DNA of 64,000 nucleotides from Macrostomum hystrix (GCA_950097015.1 CATNEN010000038.1:8060001-8124000), one strand, 5' to 3'; shown: positions 1 to 14,400, numbered from the stretch's first letter. The notes: a model not told the origin generated them from the sequence alone. A program made the numbers and translations.

Positions 1-590
1 ATGCAGCCTACTCACTGTCAACTATACAGCCTACTCACTGTCAACTATACAGCCTACTCACTGTCAACTATACAGCCTACTCACAGTCAACTATGCAGCC
101 TACTCACAGTCAACTATACAGCCTACTCACAGTCAACTATACAGCCTACTCACTGTCAACTATACAGCCTACTCACTGTCAACTATGCAGCCTACTCACT
201 GTCAACTATACAGCCTACTCACAGTCAACTATACAGCCTACTCACAGTCAACTATACAGCCTACTCACTGTCAACTAGACAGCCTACTCACAGTCAACTA
301 TGCAGCCTACTCACTGTCAACTATACAGCCTACTCACAGTCAACTATACAGCCTACTCACTGTCAACTATACAGCCCCCTCACTATCAACTAGACAGCCC
401 CCTCACTGTCAACTATACAGCCCCCTCACTGTCAACTATACAGCCCCCTCACTGTCAACTATACAGCCTACTCACTGTCAACTATACAGCCTACTCACTG
501 TCAACTATACAGCCTATTCACAGTCATCTAGACAGCCTACTCACAGTCAACTAGACAGCCTACTCAAATTCAACTAGACAGCCTACTGAA
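1..590. repeat. 23-bp minisatellite (CAGCCTACTCACTGTCAACTATA)n, truncated by window start
   Basis: About 25 near-identical direct copies visible. Confidence 0.95.
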
Positions 591-869
591 TTTCTTCTGT
601 TCCCACCGTTGACCTCCTCAATTTCGCAAATTTCGCAATTTTCAGAAAATGCATTTGCACTCATACGAATCTTTGTTACTTTTTCGTCAAGTCACAATTG
701 AGTTCGTTTTCACTAAAAAAGAAAGGCTTTGATTATAATAATGGATAGATTTATAATAAATTTGTATTGTATGGTATGTAACGATGACAATATGAACATA
801 ATTATTTAAGCAGCTACTGTAAGCTCGCTGCGCGATTGCATAAATCCCTATGGAAATCCCATGGCGTAT

Positions 870-3800
870 TTACAACTTGATACTAGGAGTGCAGTCTGAT
901 GACTGCTGCATCGGTCGCAAAGAGCTCGAGACTGCAAACGGACAGCACGTGCACGCGGCCACGCGACCCAGTGTGACACCATCGGCCAGCTCGCAAAGCG
1001 TCAGGCCAAAGTTTTTGTCCACAGAGAAGACAGCCAGGTCGGTGACGATGAGATCAACGCAGCGACTGCCAGTGAGGGGCAGCGTGCAGCTCTCCAGGAT
1101 CTTGGGCCGGCCCTCTCTGGTGCAGTGCTGCATCGCCACCACCACGCGGATGCCGCAGCTGACCAGCTCCATGGCGCCTCCCATTCCCACAGCGGCCGCG
1201 TCCGGTATAATCCAGTTGGCGATGTCGCCGAACTGGGACACCTGGGGAATAGAGCGTTTAAACCTTTGTTACCGATTTATGACTGAAACAGTTCGGAAAA
1301 CACGGCATCCCACCGCTGCCATCATCTTGCATCAGTTTTGTGGATACTAGGAAAGCAGTAAACATGGTATCCCACCGCTGCCATCATCTTGCATCAGTTT
1401 TGTGGATACTAGGAAAGCAGTAAACATGGCATCCCACCGCTGCCATCATCTTGCATCAGTTTTGTGGATACTAGGAAAGCAGTAAACATGGTATCCCACC
1501 GCTGTTATCATCTTGCATCAGTTTTGTGGATACTAGGAAAGCAGTAAACATGGTATCCCACCGCTGCCATTATCTTGCATCAGTTTTGTGGATACTAGGA
1601 AAGCAGTAAACATGGTATCCCACCGCTGCCATCATCTTGCATCAGTTTTGTGGATACTAGGAAAGCAGTAAACATGGTATCCCACCGCTGCCATCATCTT
1701 GCATCAGTTTTGTGGATACTAGGAAAGCAGTAAACATGGCATCCTACCGCTGCCATCATCTTGCATCAGTTTTGTGGATACTAGGAAAGCAGTAAACATG
1801 GTATCCCACCGCTGCCATTATCTTGCATCAGTTTTGTGGATACTAGGAAAGCAGTAAACACGGCATCCCACCGCTGCCATCATCTTGCATCAGTTTTGTG
1901 GATACTAGGAAAGCAGTAAACACGGCATCCCACCGCTGCCATCATCTTGCATCAGTTTTGTGGATACTAGGAAAGCAGTAAACATGGCATCCCACCGCTG
2001 CCATCATCTTGCATCAGTTTTGTGGATACTAGGAAAGCAGTAAACATGGTATCCCACCGCTGCCATCATCTTGCATCAGTTTTGTGGATACTAGGAAAGC
2101 AGTAAACATGGTATCCCACCGCTGCCATTATCTTGCATCAGTTTTGTGGATACTAGGAAAGCAGTAAACATGGCATCCCACCGCTGCCATCATCTTGCAT
2201 CAGTTTTGTGGATACTAGGAAAGCAGTAAACATGGTATCCCACCGCTGCCATTATCTTGCATCAGTTTTGTGGATACTAGGAAAGCAGTAAACATGGTAT
2301 CCCACCGCTGCCATCATCTTGCATCAGTTTTGTGGATACTAGGAAAGCAGTAAACATGGTATCCCACCGCTGCCATCATCTTGCATCAGTTTTGTGGATA
2401 CTATAATAGGAAAGCAGTAAACACGGCATCCCACCGCTGCCATCATCTTGCATCAGTTTTGTGGATACTAGGAAAGCAGTAAACACGGCATCCCACCGCT
2501 GCCATCATCTTGCATCAGTTTTGTGGATACTAGGAAAGCAGTAAACATGGTATCCCACCGCTGCCATCATCTTGCATCAGTTTTGTGGATACTAGGAAAG
2601 CAGTAAACATGGTATCCCACCGCTGCCATCATCTTGCATCAGTTTTGTGGATACTAGGAAAGCAGTAAACATGGCATCCTACCGCTGCCATCATCTTGCA
2701 TCAGTTTTGTGGATACTAGGAAAGCAGTAAACATGGTATCCCACCGCTGCCATCATCTTGCATCAGTTTTGTGGATACTAGGAAAGCAGTAAACACGGCA
2801 TCCCACCGCTGCCATCATCTTGCATCAGTTTTGTGGATACTAGGAAAGCAGTAAACACGGCATCCCACCGCTGCCATCATCTTGCATCAGTTTTGTGGAT
2901 ACTAGGAAAGCAGTAAACATGGCATCCCACCGCTGCCATCATCTTGCATCAGTTTTGTGGATACTAGGAAAGCAGTAAACATGGTATCCCACCGCTGCCA
3001 TCATCTTGCATCAGTTTTGTGGATACTAGGAAAGCAGTAAACATGGTATCCCACCGCTGCCATTATCTTGCATCAGTTTTGTGGATACTAGGAAAGCAGT
3101 AAACATGGCATCCCACCGCTGCCATCATCTTGCATCAGTTTTGTGGATACTAGGAAAGCAGTAAACATGGTATCCCACCGCTGCCATTATCTTGCATCAG
3201 TTTTGTGGATACTAGGAAAGCAGTAAACATGGTATCCCACCGCTGCCATCATCTTGCATCAGTTTTGTGGATACTAGGAAAGCAGTAAACATGGTATCCC
3301 ACCGCTGCCATCATCTTGCATCAGTTTTGTGGATACTAGGAAAGCAGTAAACACGGCATCCCACCGCTGCCATCATCTTGCATCAGTTTTGTGGATACTA
3401 GGAAAGCAGTAAACACGGCATCCCACCGCTGCCATCATCTTGCATCAGTTTTGTGGATACTAGGAAAGCAGTAAACATGGTATCCCACCGCTGCCATCAT
3501 CTTGCATCAGTTTTGTGGATACTAGGAAAGCAGTAAACATGGTATCCCACCGCTGCCATCATCTTGCATCAGTTTTGTGGATACTAGGAAAGCAGTAAAC
3601 ATGGTATCCCACCGCTGCCATCATCTTGCATCAGTTTTGTGGATACTAGGAAAGCAGTAAACATGGCATCCCACCGCTGCCATCATCTTGCATCAGTTTT
3701 GCGGATACTAGGAAAGCAGTAAACATGGTATCCCACCGCTGCCATCATCTTGCATCAGTTTTGTGGATACTAGGAAAGCAGTAAACATGGCATCCCACCG

Positions 3801-5218
3801 CTGCCATCATCTTGCATCAGTTTTGTGGATACTAGGAAAGCAGTAAACATGGTATCCCACCGCTGCCATCATCTTGCATCAGTTTTGTGGATACTAGGAA
3901 AGCAGTAAACACGGTATCCCACCGCTACCATCATCTTGCATCAGTCTTATGTATACAAAGCTTAGTTCTGGGTATCATAAGTGTGTACTTAAGGGCGTTG
4001 TTTGTGGGGGCGAAGCGGTAACGCGTTCGAATACACGGCGAGCCTACGTTTATTTGGGGTGCACTATTCAGCTATTCACTCTAGTGTAGTGTTTCCCAAA
4101 AAAGCGCCAAATACTTATTGCAGCCAGATATTCTTGCTTACCTGAGTTGCCCCCAGGACAGTCATGCTCAGATGCCCGCCGCTCACAATGGCAAAGCTTG
4201 TTGCCGAGTCGAAACACGACGCTCCCAGCCGCAGAGTGACACTTTCCCGACTGGCGTTGATGATGTCAGGATCCACGTCAGCCTCTGAGACGGGATACGG
4301 GCCGAGGCCCAGAACGCCGTTCTCCGAGTGTAGAAAAACGTTCAAGCCGCGGGGCACGCAGCCGGCAGACAGCATCGGAATGCCGAGACCGACGTTCACG
4401 AAGCTGTCCGGCTGGAACTCGACTGCCACGCGGCGGGCTATGGTCATTAGCGCTGGCTGCTGAAGACGCGAGTTCGAGCGCTTTAACAGCCTCTTTCTCG
4501 TGGCCTCTTTCTCGGTAAGCACAATGCCCTGCACGAACACTGCGGGGACGTGGATCTGGTCCGGTGGCAGCTCACCGCACTCCACGATTTCTTCGACCTC
4601 GGCCATGGCAAACCGAGCCGCCTGGCACATGATTCCGTTGAAGTTGTTCGCCGACATGCGAAACTGCAGGTTGCCAGCCCGGTCGGCGCGCCAGGCCTTC
4701 ACAAGGGCGACATCGGCTTTCAATGCCGTCTCTAGCACGTGCTCAACACCGTCGAACAGCCGAATCTCCTTTGCCGGTGTCACTTCTAGGACACTGCCAT
4801 CCGGTCCGTACCTCAACGGTACGCCGCCGTTGGCCACCGCCGTGCCAACTCCGGTGCGAGTGTAGAAGGCAGCGACGCCGGAACCGCCAGCTCGAATCCT
4901 CTCGGCGAAGGTGCCCTGCGGCAGGAGCTGCAGCTCCAGTTGGCCAGCCAAGTGCCGTTGGTAGATTTCCCGATTGGCGCCAACATAGGTGGTGAGCAGT
5001 CGGGACACTCGACGCCTGGAGATCAGCCTGCCGAGCCCGGAGTCCGAACTGCCGCCAGTGCCAGCGATCACTGTCAAATCGCCGACACCGGCTTGCAGCA
5101 CCTGATCCAGGAGACTCTCTGGCGAGCCGCAGTGCCCGAAGCCGCCAACCATCACAGCGCTGCCTGCAGTCAGGTTGTTGAGCACAGCCTGTGAGCAGCT
5201 GTCGTAGATTATCACCAT
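870..5218 (-). CDS. OXCT1: Succinyl-CoA:3-oxoacid CoA-transferase (SCOT/OXCT family), divergent, about 482 aa, 2 exons
   Basis: Exons 5218-4142 and 1241-870 joined by a GTAAG...CCCCAG phase-0 intron give ...LGATQ|VSQFGDIANW... Family motifs: GGFGxCG, PQGTFAERIRAGG, ALVKAWRADRAGNL, catalytic SENG, GMGGAM, IVTDLAVF. Confidence 0.9.
1300..3945. repeat. 62-bp minisatellite, about 42 copies, filling the OXCT intron
   Basis: Unit CATCCCACCGCTGCCATCATCTTGCATCAGTTTTGTGGATACTAGGAAAGCAGTAAACATGG. One copy has a small insertion near 2401. Confidence 0.95.
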
Positions 5219-5839
5219 GTTTGATTCACCTGTGTTTACTATACGATCATTAAATGCTTATCTAGGCTAGTTCAGTCTCAGCTGCGTGTCTGCCTTTGTG
5301 TCTAAATAGTCCTAAAAAAAGTCCTAGAAAGTATTGCGCCATTCACGCGCGTGGTTTTGAAATGCATCAAAATTACTCTCCAGTTGAGCTATTTTTAGAA
5401 CGCCTAATACATCAACCGTCTGACGATGAGGCTAAATTTAGACTTGGCCTGTCAGACAACAGGGTATGCGGAATTGCACAACTGCACACCGAGTGTACAA
5501 TAGTGTCATTCTGTCCATCTCCGCTTCAGTTGTACAGTGCTGAACCTAGCTATTTTTGTTAACGACCAATTACTGCTCCTTCTCTCTCCCCTCCTGTTGC
5601 TGCTTTTCTGGTCTGTCCTTTAAAGTGCATTTCTTTTTTTAGCCCAGAACTAGCAAGTGTTGCCTCCTAAAGGTAGCACAGACGATTCATTTTTGTTTCT
5701 CAAGTTCGCAACATCAAATTCATATTTGACAGTCGAGAATTTCGCAACACCAAGTAGTTATTTCGAGACTTCATAAATTAGCTGTCGATTTCCCCTGAAA
5801 GCAGAAAATCGATCTCAAATGATGAATCCAATAGTATAT

Positions 5840-6096
5840 TATTACCCAGGCTTTCAGGGCGATAATGGGAAAGCCAGAGGGCGCCGAAGGCGCCCGAGGG
5901 ATTTCTCATTATCGCCCGCAAAGCCTGGGTAATACTGTGATTGTACCATAGACTATGTGGCTTATAGTATGTGGCTATACGTTAAAATACACAAAAATAA
6001 TCCATTATCGGCCCAACTTTTCGGGCCAAAATGACATCGTCTATGGCAATAATCGAATATCAGCCCGCCCGATAGCCACGTAGTCATGGTACAATC
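5840..6096. mobile_element. Double-hairpin palindromic element, probable non-autonomous DNA transposon
   Basis: Hairpin 1 (5840-5934): TATTACCCAGGCTTT...GGGCGCC-GAA-GGCGCCC...AAAGCCTGGGTAATA. Hairpin 2 (5939-6096): GATTGTACCATAGACTATGTGGCT...AGCCACGTAGTCATGGTACAATC. Transposon identity is inference. Confidence 0.55.
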
Positions 6097-6871
6097 TTAA
6101 TTAAAAAATCATACTTAATCTTTAAGGTATTCTCATAGCAACTCAGGACGTACTCGTAGTAATATACTCGTAGATCTCAATATTAATTTTTTTTAATTAT
6201 CACTTTGCTTGCGCCCAAAACAGCTTGGCTGAATGAGTAACTCATGGCCATAGACTATGGTTTCTATTCAGTCTTAAAAATTGCTTTTGAAAAAATGCAT
6301 GCAAAAACCAATGCTAACCTACTGAATAAGTCAGTAGTATTAGCAGTACCAGCTGATGTATGTTTGTTTCAAATGGCACATTTTACTGAACACAGAACTA
6401 GCCAACACGCCAAAAGTAGACTAACATCAATCTTCTGGGGCATAAACTGGATTGTAACTTTGGCCACCAAAGTGGCTTGACCAGAGGATATAAACATGAA
6501 CAGAACACTGGCCTCCGCGGCTTGGAGGCGCCGGCGATGCACTTGGAGGCAAACGCTTCACCAGCCAGGGTTTCAGGTCAGCCAGTGCCCGTATGCCAAG
6601 CAAGTTGCATCTAACAAAAAATTTGCCTTTTTTCGCGCGCTTCTCTCGTATTCCCTAGGAAGTTTGGGTGGATGATAATGCGATTTGTGTTGCTGTGCGA
6701 ATCCCATAGCCTTGGGTCCCATTGCATTTATCTTCTAAGCCAATCTCAATGTACTCATTGCTGCCCGACTCGACGATAAAAGGATTTATAAGGCTTCTGT
6801 GTGCATGTATTGATGCTGTCTGAGTTCCATTATACGCTCATATAATTATTGAAACTTCACGACTGATTCAG

Positions 6872-6918
6872 ACTGTCTGTATGACTGTCTGTCTGTCTGT
6901 CTGTCTGTCTGTGCTGGG

Positions 6919-6961
<43 letters not shown>

Positions 6962-6967
6962 GCTGGG

Positions 6968-7014
<47 letters not shown>

Positions 7015-7049
7015 GCTGGGTGTCTGTCTGTCTGTCTGTCTGTGCTGGG

Positions 7050-7100
<51 letters not shown>

Positions 7101-7135
7101 GCTGGGTGTCTGTCTGTCTGTCTGTCTGTGCTGGG

Positions 7136-7166
<31 letters not shown>

Positions 7167-7190
7167 GCTGGGTGTCTGTCTGTCTGTCTT

Positions 7191-7247
<57 letters not shown>

Positions 7248-7253
7248 GCTGGG

Positions 7254-7332
<79 letters not shown>

Positions 7333-7363
7333 GCTGGGTGTCTGTCTGTCTGTCTGTGCTGGG

Positions 7364-7442
<79 letters not shown>

Positions 7443-7448
7443 GCTGGG

Positions 7449-7523
<75 letters not shown>

Positions 7524-7613
7524 GCTGGGTGTCTGTCTGTCTGTGCTGGGTGTCTGTCTGTCTGTGCTGGGTGTCTGTCTGTCTGTGCTGGGTGTCTGTC
7601 TGTCTGTGCTGGG

Positions 7614-7648
<35 letters not shown>

Positions 7649-7675
7649 GCTGGGTGTCTGTCTGTCTATGCTGGG

Positions 7676-7710
<35 letters not shown>

Positions 7711-7926
7711 GCTGGGTGTCTGTCTGTCTGTGCTGGGTGTCTGTCTGTCTGTGCTGGGTGTCTGTCTGTCTGTGCTAGGTGTCTGTCTGTCTGTGCTGGG
7801 TGTCTGTCTGTCTGTGCTGGGTGTCTGTCTGTCTGTGCTGGGTGTCTGTCTGTCTGTGCTGGGTGTCTGTCTGTCTGTGCTGGGTGTCTGTCTGTCTGTG
7901 CTGGGTGTCTGTCTGTCTGTGCTGGG

Positions 7927-7961
<35 letters not shown>

Positions 7962-7988
7962 GCTGAGTGTCTGTCTGTCTATGCTGGG

Positions 7989-8019
<31 letters not shown>

Positions 8020-8205
8020 GCTGGGTGTCTGTCTGTCTGTGCTGGGTGTCTGTCTGTCTGTGCTGGGTGTCTGTCTGTCTGTCTGTCTGTCTGTGCTGGG
8101 TGTCTGTCTGTCTGTGCTGGGTGTCTGTCTGTCTGTGCTGGGTGTCTGTCTGTCTGTGCTGGGTGTCTGTCTGTCTATGCTGGGTGTCTGTCTGTCTATG
8201 CTGGG

Positions 8206-8238
<33 letters not shown>

Positions 8239-8569
8239 GTCTGTCTGTCTGTCTATGCTGGGTGTCTGTCTGTCTATGCTGGGTGTCTGTCTGTCTGTCT
8301 GTCTGTGCTGGGTGTCTGTCTGTCTGTGCTGGGGGTCTGTCTGTGCTGGGTGTCTGTCTGTCTATGCTGGGTGTCTGTCTGTGCTGGGTGTCTGTCTGTC
8401 TGTGCTGGGGGTCTGTCTATGCTGGGTGTCTGTCTGTGCTGGGTGTCTGTCTGTCTGTGCTGGGTGTCTGTCTGTCTGTGCTGGGTGTCTGTCTGTGCTT
8501 GGTGTCTGTCTGTCTGTGCTGGGGGTCTGTCTGTGCTGGGTGTCTGTCTGTCTGTCTGTCTATGCTGGG

Positions 8570-8604
<35 letters not shown>

Positions 8605-8930
8605 GCTGGGTGTCTGTCTGTCTGTCTGTCTGTGCTGGGTGTCTGTCTGTCTGTGCTGGGTGTCTGTCTGTGCTTGGTGTCTGTCTGTCTGTGCTGGGGG
8701 TCTGTCTGTCTATGCTGGGTGTCTGTCTGTGCTGGGTGTCTGTCTGTCTGTGCTGGGGGTCTGTCTGTACGTGCTGGGTGTCTGTCTGTCTGTGCTGGGG
8801 GTCTGTCTGTGCTGGGGGTCTGTCTGTACGTGCTGGGTGTCTGTCTGTCTGTGCTGGGGGTCTGTCTGTGCTGGGTGTCTGTCTGTCTGTGCTGGGGGTC
8901 TGTCTGTGCTGGGTGTCTGTCTGTCTGTCT
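6872..8930. repeat. (TCTG)n microsatellite punctuated by TGCTGGGTG
   Basis: Direct inspection. Confidence 0.97.
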
Positions 8931-9611
8931 CCTGATTCCCTGAGTGCTGTTCTAAGACACTGTAATAATGCCCAGTGTGTATTCGCCAACTAAATGAGCC
9001 ACATTAGAAGAACCACCAGCAGGTCTTTAAAAGAAAATGAAAAGCAACTGTCAAGTCATTGTTCCATATTTCTGAAGCATATTCAGTCAGGTATAGAAAG
9101 TCCATCTCGCACTCAGCTAATTGAGTGAATCTTGGAAAATATTCTCAGACAAAGGCAGCTGCCAGAATATGCAGGCAAACAGCCTTGAGTCAGACAAAGA
9201 GCTCATTGAAATGAGATTCACGGCACGTAGGTTCGGCAGGTCAAGTCAAGCAGGATAATTAAAGCCAGACAGGTTGCAGCAGAGCTCGGGTGAGCACTGG
9301 GTGTCTGATCGCACCTGAGAGTGTCTGAGATGAGCAGCTGCGATTGAAGTCGATGGAGCAGGGATCTGTCAAAGCCAGCGGGAACTGGGAAGGAAGTGAG
9401 TCTCGCTTCTGTCTACTGCTCGTAGTGAGCAGGCGAGAGAACGACAGAAAATGGGCGGGCTGGAGCAGCCCTGGGGCCATTGGAGCCCCGGAAAATTAGC
9501 GGTGTCAGCTAGCAGATGATTGATCGCGCAACTCTCAGGGGATGACATTGCGAACGGAGGAATGCGAAGGACAGAGAAGACACTGTGCGTTAGCCTGCAA
9601 GTGACAGCATC

Positions 9612-10131
9612 AAGGAATCAGGAGACAGAAATCAGGGAATCAGGAGACAGAAATCAGGGACTCAGGAGACAGAACTCAGGGAATCAGGAGACAGAGCTCA
9701 GGGAATCAGGAGACAGAGCTCAGGGAATCAGGAGACAGAGCTCAGGGAATCAGGAGACACAACTCAGGCAATCAGGAGACAGAACTCAGGGAATCAGGAG
9801 ACAGGGCTCAGGGAATCAGGAGACAGAGCTCAGGGAATCAGGAGACAGAGCTCAGGGAATCAGGAGACAGAGCTCAGGGAATCAGGAGACAGAGCTCAGG
9901 GAGTTCAGGAGACAGAGCTCAGGGAATCAGGAGACAGAGCTCAGGGAATCAGGAGAGAGAGCTCAGGGAATCAGGAGACAGAGCTCAGGGAATCAGGAGA
10001 GAGAGCTCAGGGAATCAGGAGACAGAGCTCAGGGAGTTCAGGAGACAGAACTCAGGGAATCAGGAGACTGAGCTCAGGGAGTTCAGGAGACAGAACTCAG
10101 GGAATCAGGAGACAGAGCTCAGGGAGTTCAG
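9612..10131. repeat. 22-bp minisatellite (CAGGAGACAGAGCTCAGGGAAT)n
   Basis: About 23 copies. Confidence 0.95.
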
Positions 10132-11452
10132 GTAGAGAAGAGACGAGACTCAATGACCGATGAGACAAGACTCGGCTTTTAAGGCAAAAAAATATTTTTG
10201 TCTGCAAGTTCCCACCAGCTGTCATTGAGCAAAGGGCCTGCAGGCTGTAAAATAGCATTTCAGTGTTTTCTTTTTAAATCTTTTATCCCTGTTCCCTCCA
10301 CTCCGGCTGGCAGCCGCGGCCTCCCTATCAGTTGAGCTACTGGAGCTCGCGCCAAAACTGCAAGGACCCCTTTTCGCCGTTCGAGAATCTACTGTTTGCT
10401 AGCGCTCCCATCTCCAATTGCCCCCCAAGTCGCAAACTCCCGAATCCCAACTCATCGCATTGAGCTCCGAGAGTTGGGTTGGAGGATTTTTGTTTGACTT
10501 CAGACGAGTCTCACTTAAAACAGCCTCCGACCATTTCGGCGCTGCGTCAGGGATGGTGTGTGTGAGTGGGGAAGTTGGCATGGGATCAGAACAGCTGGGT
10601 GAGGGGGGGGGCAGAAAAAGAGCTGCTTGTGAGCGAGCGCACTGGAAGCAGAATCGGGCAAAGGTTATTTGTGCCAGTGGGCTTGACAGAAGATTCGATC
10701 GATCCCCAAACTATGCAATGTGGGAATAATACTGTGTCTGAGAGGAAATCGAAAGTGGAGGATAAGAAAATAGGGAAACAGCGGTGGTGCGACTCAAAGG
10801 GAGCCAAATCGGAATGTTTGTCGAGGCATTTTTCTGGAAAATGTCGATATTGTACTTTTAGCGTACTTGTATTTTAACTGTTTATTGTTGCATGCATTTT
10901 ATCGAATTCAGGATCATGTCGAAGGATCATGTCACAGGATGATGTCACAGGATCATGTTGCAGGATGTCGACGTTCTGAAGACATTATCTTTCTTCAGAA
11001 AGGTGCGCAGAGCAAAAGGTTAGCCGGTTTTTATAGAATTTCGTGAGCTTAATCTGGTCAGTTCATTCGCCGCAATAGTTATCGCGGAGGGACCCATGAT
11101 ACTTTTTATTGGTTAGAGCTCGAATGAGTCTATTTTGTTGCTTTTAAACTATTAACAATGGAATTATCAGGATTACTATTGTCTGCCACCCGAATTTGGG
11201 AACAATGGGTCGGATTAAATCCCGTGTTGTATTGTAGGCGCATTAAGATTGGCTTCAGCTTCGATACCCTCATCACATCCGCATGGCATCATCGCATGCT
11301 AACAGGCTGCTCTCCTCAGCCAATAAGTTGCCAGCAGTCTGTTACTAGGGAAGGGAATATATTCCCCAGCCACCAAGCTATCCAAGTCCCTCATCGCCCC
11401 ACCCGTTTTCTCGCTGCAACAAGACAAAGCAACGGGGATCCTGCCATAGACA

Positions 11453-14400
11453 ATGGCCCAAGCTGCGAATTCGCATCCCCTGCTAAACTCGGAGGTCACC
11501 AACCTGACCTGCCAGTCGGCCATCAGCCTCATCGCCGACCACCTGGCCAACAGGTCCGAGTGTCGCCTGGCGGAGCCTGAGCTGCGGTGGGAGATCTGGC
11601 TGACCTTCTATTCGCCTCTGGCACTGTGCTGCTCCGGCTTCCTGCTGAACTTGGCAAGCTTCGCCGTCCTGCGCAAGCCGCAGTTCGAGGGCCAGGCCTA
11701 CAAGTACATGGCCGCCATCTCGCTGGTGGACGCCATCTTCCTGCTGGTGTACCCGCTCTATGTGGCCAGCGCGCAGAGGTGAGCGCGCTGTCCTTATTTT
11801 CTCCTATCTTTAATCTTTCAAAAGGTCCTGAAGGATCGTCTGTCTATGGCCCAATCCCAGATCCCCAATCCCAGATCTCAAATCCCAGATCCCCAATCCC
11901 AGATCCCCAATCCCAGATCCCCAATCCCAGATCCCCAATCTCATATCCCCAATCCCAGATCCCCAATCCCAGATCCCCAATCCCAAATCCCCAATCCCAA
12001 ATCCCAGATCCCCAATCCCAAATCCCCAATCCCCAATCCCGGATCATAAATCCAAGATGCCTAATCCCAGACTTCAAATCCCAAATCTATAATCCCAGAT
12101 CCCAGATTCCAGATTCTAAATCCCAGAATCCAAATTCCAAATCTTAAATCCCTAATCTAGATAATATATCCTAAGTCCTAGATCCTTAATGCCAAATTTC
12201 AAATACAGGATCCCACATCCCAAATCCAGATCACATCCTAAATCCAAGATCCTTTATGTCGAATCCCAGATCCGAAATTTCAGTTCCAAACGTCTTTATC
12301 ATCCAGAGTTCTAGATCCCAAATCATAGAGCAAAACTCCCAGATCCCGAATAAAAAGTATCATCCCACTGTTTCCCTGAAACACTGGCTTACAATAACGA
12401 CACTAGCATAGAAGCTGTGAATGAGCAAACACTGAGAGTTAGAACAAGTCTAAGGTTATTGTGAATGCATGAGCATGCAAATATCAGGTGAATGCCGATA
12501 TCGCCTGTGTTTACATTTCTTCCAGCTGCTATTGATCGCACTAAAAGAAATGCTGCAAACAGATGAAACAGAAAAAAGCGCCCCAACTTATAGAATTCCC
12601 AAATAGGAAACTCGAGAGCGCGAATTGTGAAGGATTATCCTCGCAGAGGTAGTGGGTGGAGAATTCCCATTGTTGGAATATCAGGTTTCCCTGAGGGGAA
12701 GGAATATGAAGGTGCTGGCTTCTGCAACCGCTGTCTTTTGGAGAGCTGCCTTAGAGCCAGCGGGGCGGCCCATTGTGACGAGAGGCAGCTTGGCAGCTCC
12801 GGCAACTTGTCAAGGTGGGCGAATCGATACTGCGAGACCCTGCGTGGGCGGGACCAGTCAGTCACGGCTTCCTCTTGATGAGCAAGTTTGCAGACTCAGG
12901 AGGACCTTGAGCAAGCTGTTTGAGCAAGGACAGATGTGTGCAAAGCCTGCTGGAATGCCTAGCAGCAATGACTCAAGTGCCACTCAAAGCATTGCCTATT
13001 GGGGGCAACAGGCCCCTGCAGGAGCTGGAATTAAAACCTGGGATTCGAGCCGAGACGCTTAAAGCTAGTAGCCACTGTCAGTTCATCAGCGAGACAGCGT
13101 TTCCAATTTTAGAAACAAAAAAATTAGATAAGAAGAGCTCTCAAAAAACATAAGCAGAAGTGCTTATCCCATATCCTATATCCCAAATCTCAGAGCTTCA
13201 AGCCAGGCATTTATGCCTTGTTCTACAAAGCCTCACAGACTGAACATTTGTGCACACAGTCCACGGACTGAGCAATTGTACACACAGTCCACGGACTGAG
13301 CAATTGTACACACAGTCCACGGACTGAGCAATTTTACATACAGTCCATGGACTGAGCAATTGTACACACAGTCCACGGACTGAGCAATTTTACACACAGT
13401 CCATGGACTGAGCAGTTGTACACACAGTCCATGGACTGAGCAGTTGTACAAAATCCATGGACAGAACAGTTGTACACACAGTCCATGGACTGAAGAGTTG
13501 CACACAGTCCACGGACAGAACAGTTGTACACACAGTCCACGGACTGAGCAGTTGTACACAATCCATGGACAGAACAGTTGTACACACAGTCCATGGACTG
13601 AAGAGTTGCACACAGTCCACGGACAGAACAGTTGTACTCACAGTCCATGGACTGAGCAGTTGTACATACAGTCCATGGACTGAAGAGTTGTACACACAGT
13701 CCACGGACTGAGCAGTTGTACACAGCCATGGAATAGGCTGTACCACAGGCTGTACAGTTGGCCCAACAGAGCAAGATGTATTTTCTATCTATTTATAAAG
13801 CACTAAAGAGGGTCGCAGGTTCTGAGCAGTTTTGGGGCCGGCGTGAAATCTTATCTGAGTCGTCGAGCCAAATATTTGTTACTTTTTTTCCAATCGCTTA
13901 TCGAAGCCGCGATGGCAAAAACGCGATAAGCGGCCGACTGTGAGGATGGAGCTTCGGGTGGTTGAGGGCGCGAGGTTCAGGGTGCGAGACAGCCATTGCG
14001 GCTAATTTTTTTCCTTCTTCTTCTTCTTTGAGCTCGAATTGAGAGCAAATGAAGTCCTACCGCCCCCCCCTGGTTAAAGAGAGGCCAGAAGCCCTATTAT
14101 AGCACTCGCCGAGCGATCGCCGCGAAATCGGCGGTCAAAAGTGCAGAGCATCTAGAAAATTAAATTGATCCGCGAACTTATTCCATTTGATGGCTTATTC
14201 CATTCCTACTTGAACTTTCACGCGTGTCCTGCAAGTACTCGGGGGGGGGAGGATTTTTGATCGAGCTGGGCTGGCTGATTGATCGGTTGATTGAATGACT
14301 GATTGAATGATTCTGTATTGATTACAATTGTTGTTTCATGAATTAATTGATTAGTTACCTGATTAACTGATTGACGGATGGATTGAGTTATTGGTTGGTT

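Noticed and set aside
1300-3945. CRISPR-like regular array
   Set aside because: Head-to-tail identical units with no unique spacers, no cas genes, and a location inside a spliceosomal intron. The same applies to the other arrays.
870-5218. Bacterial or horizontally acquired scoA/scoB pair
   Set aside because: The A and B domains are fused as in eukaryotic SCOT and split by a GT-AG intron. Nothing here requires HGT.
6881-8993. CLSV-repeat ORFs
   Set aside because: Translation of the (TCTG)n microsatellite in all frames.
13245-13727. Array derived from the SINE 3' end (shared CAGTCCATGGACTG at 55281)
   Set aside because: The shared stretch is only about 15 nt and palindromic, too short to establish homology.
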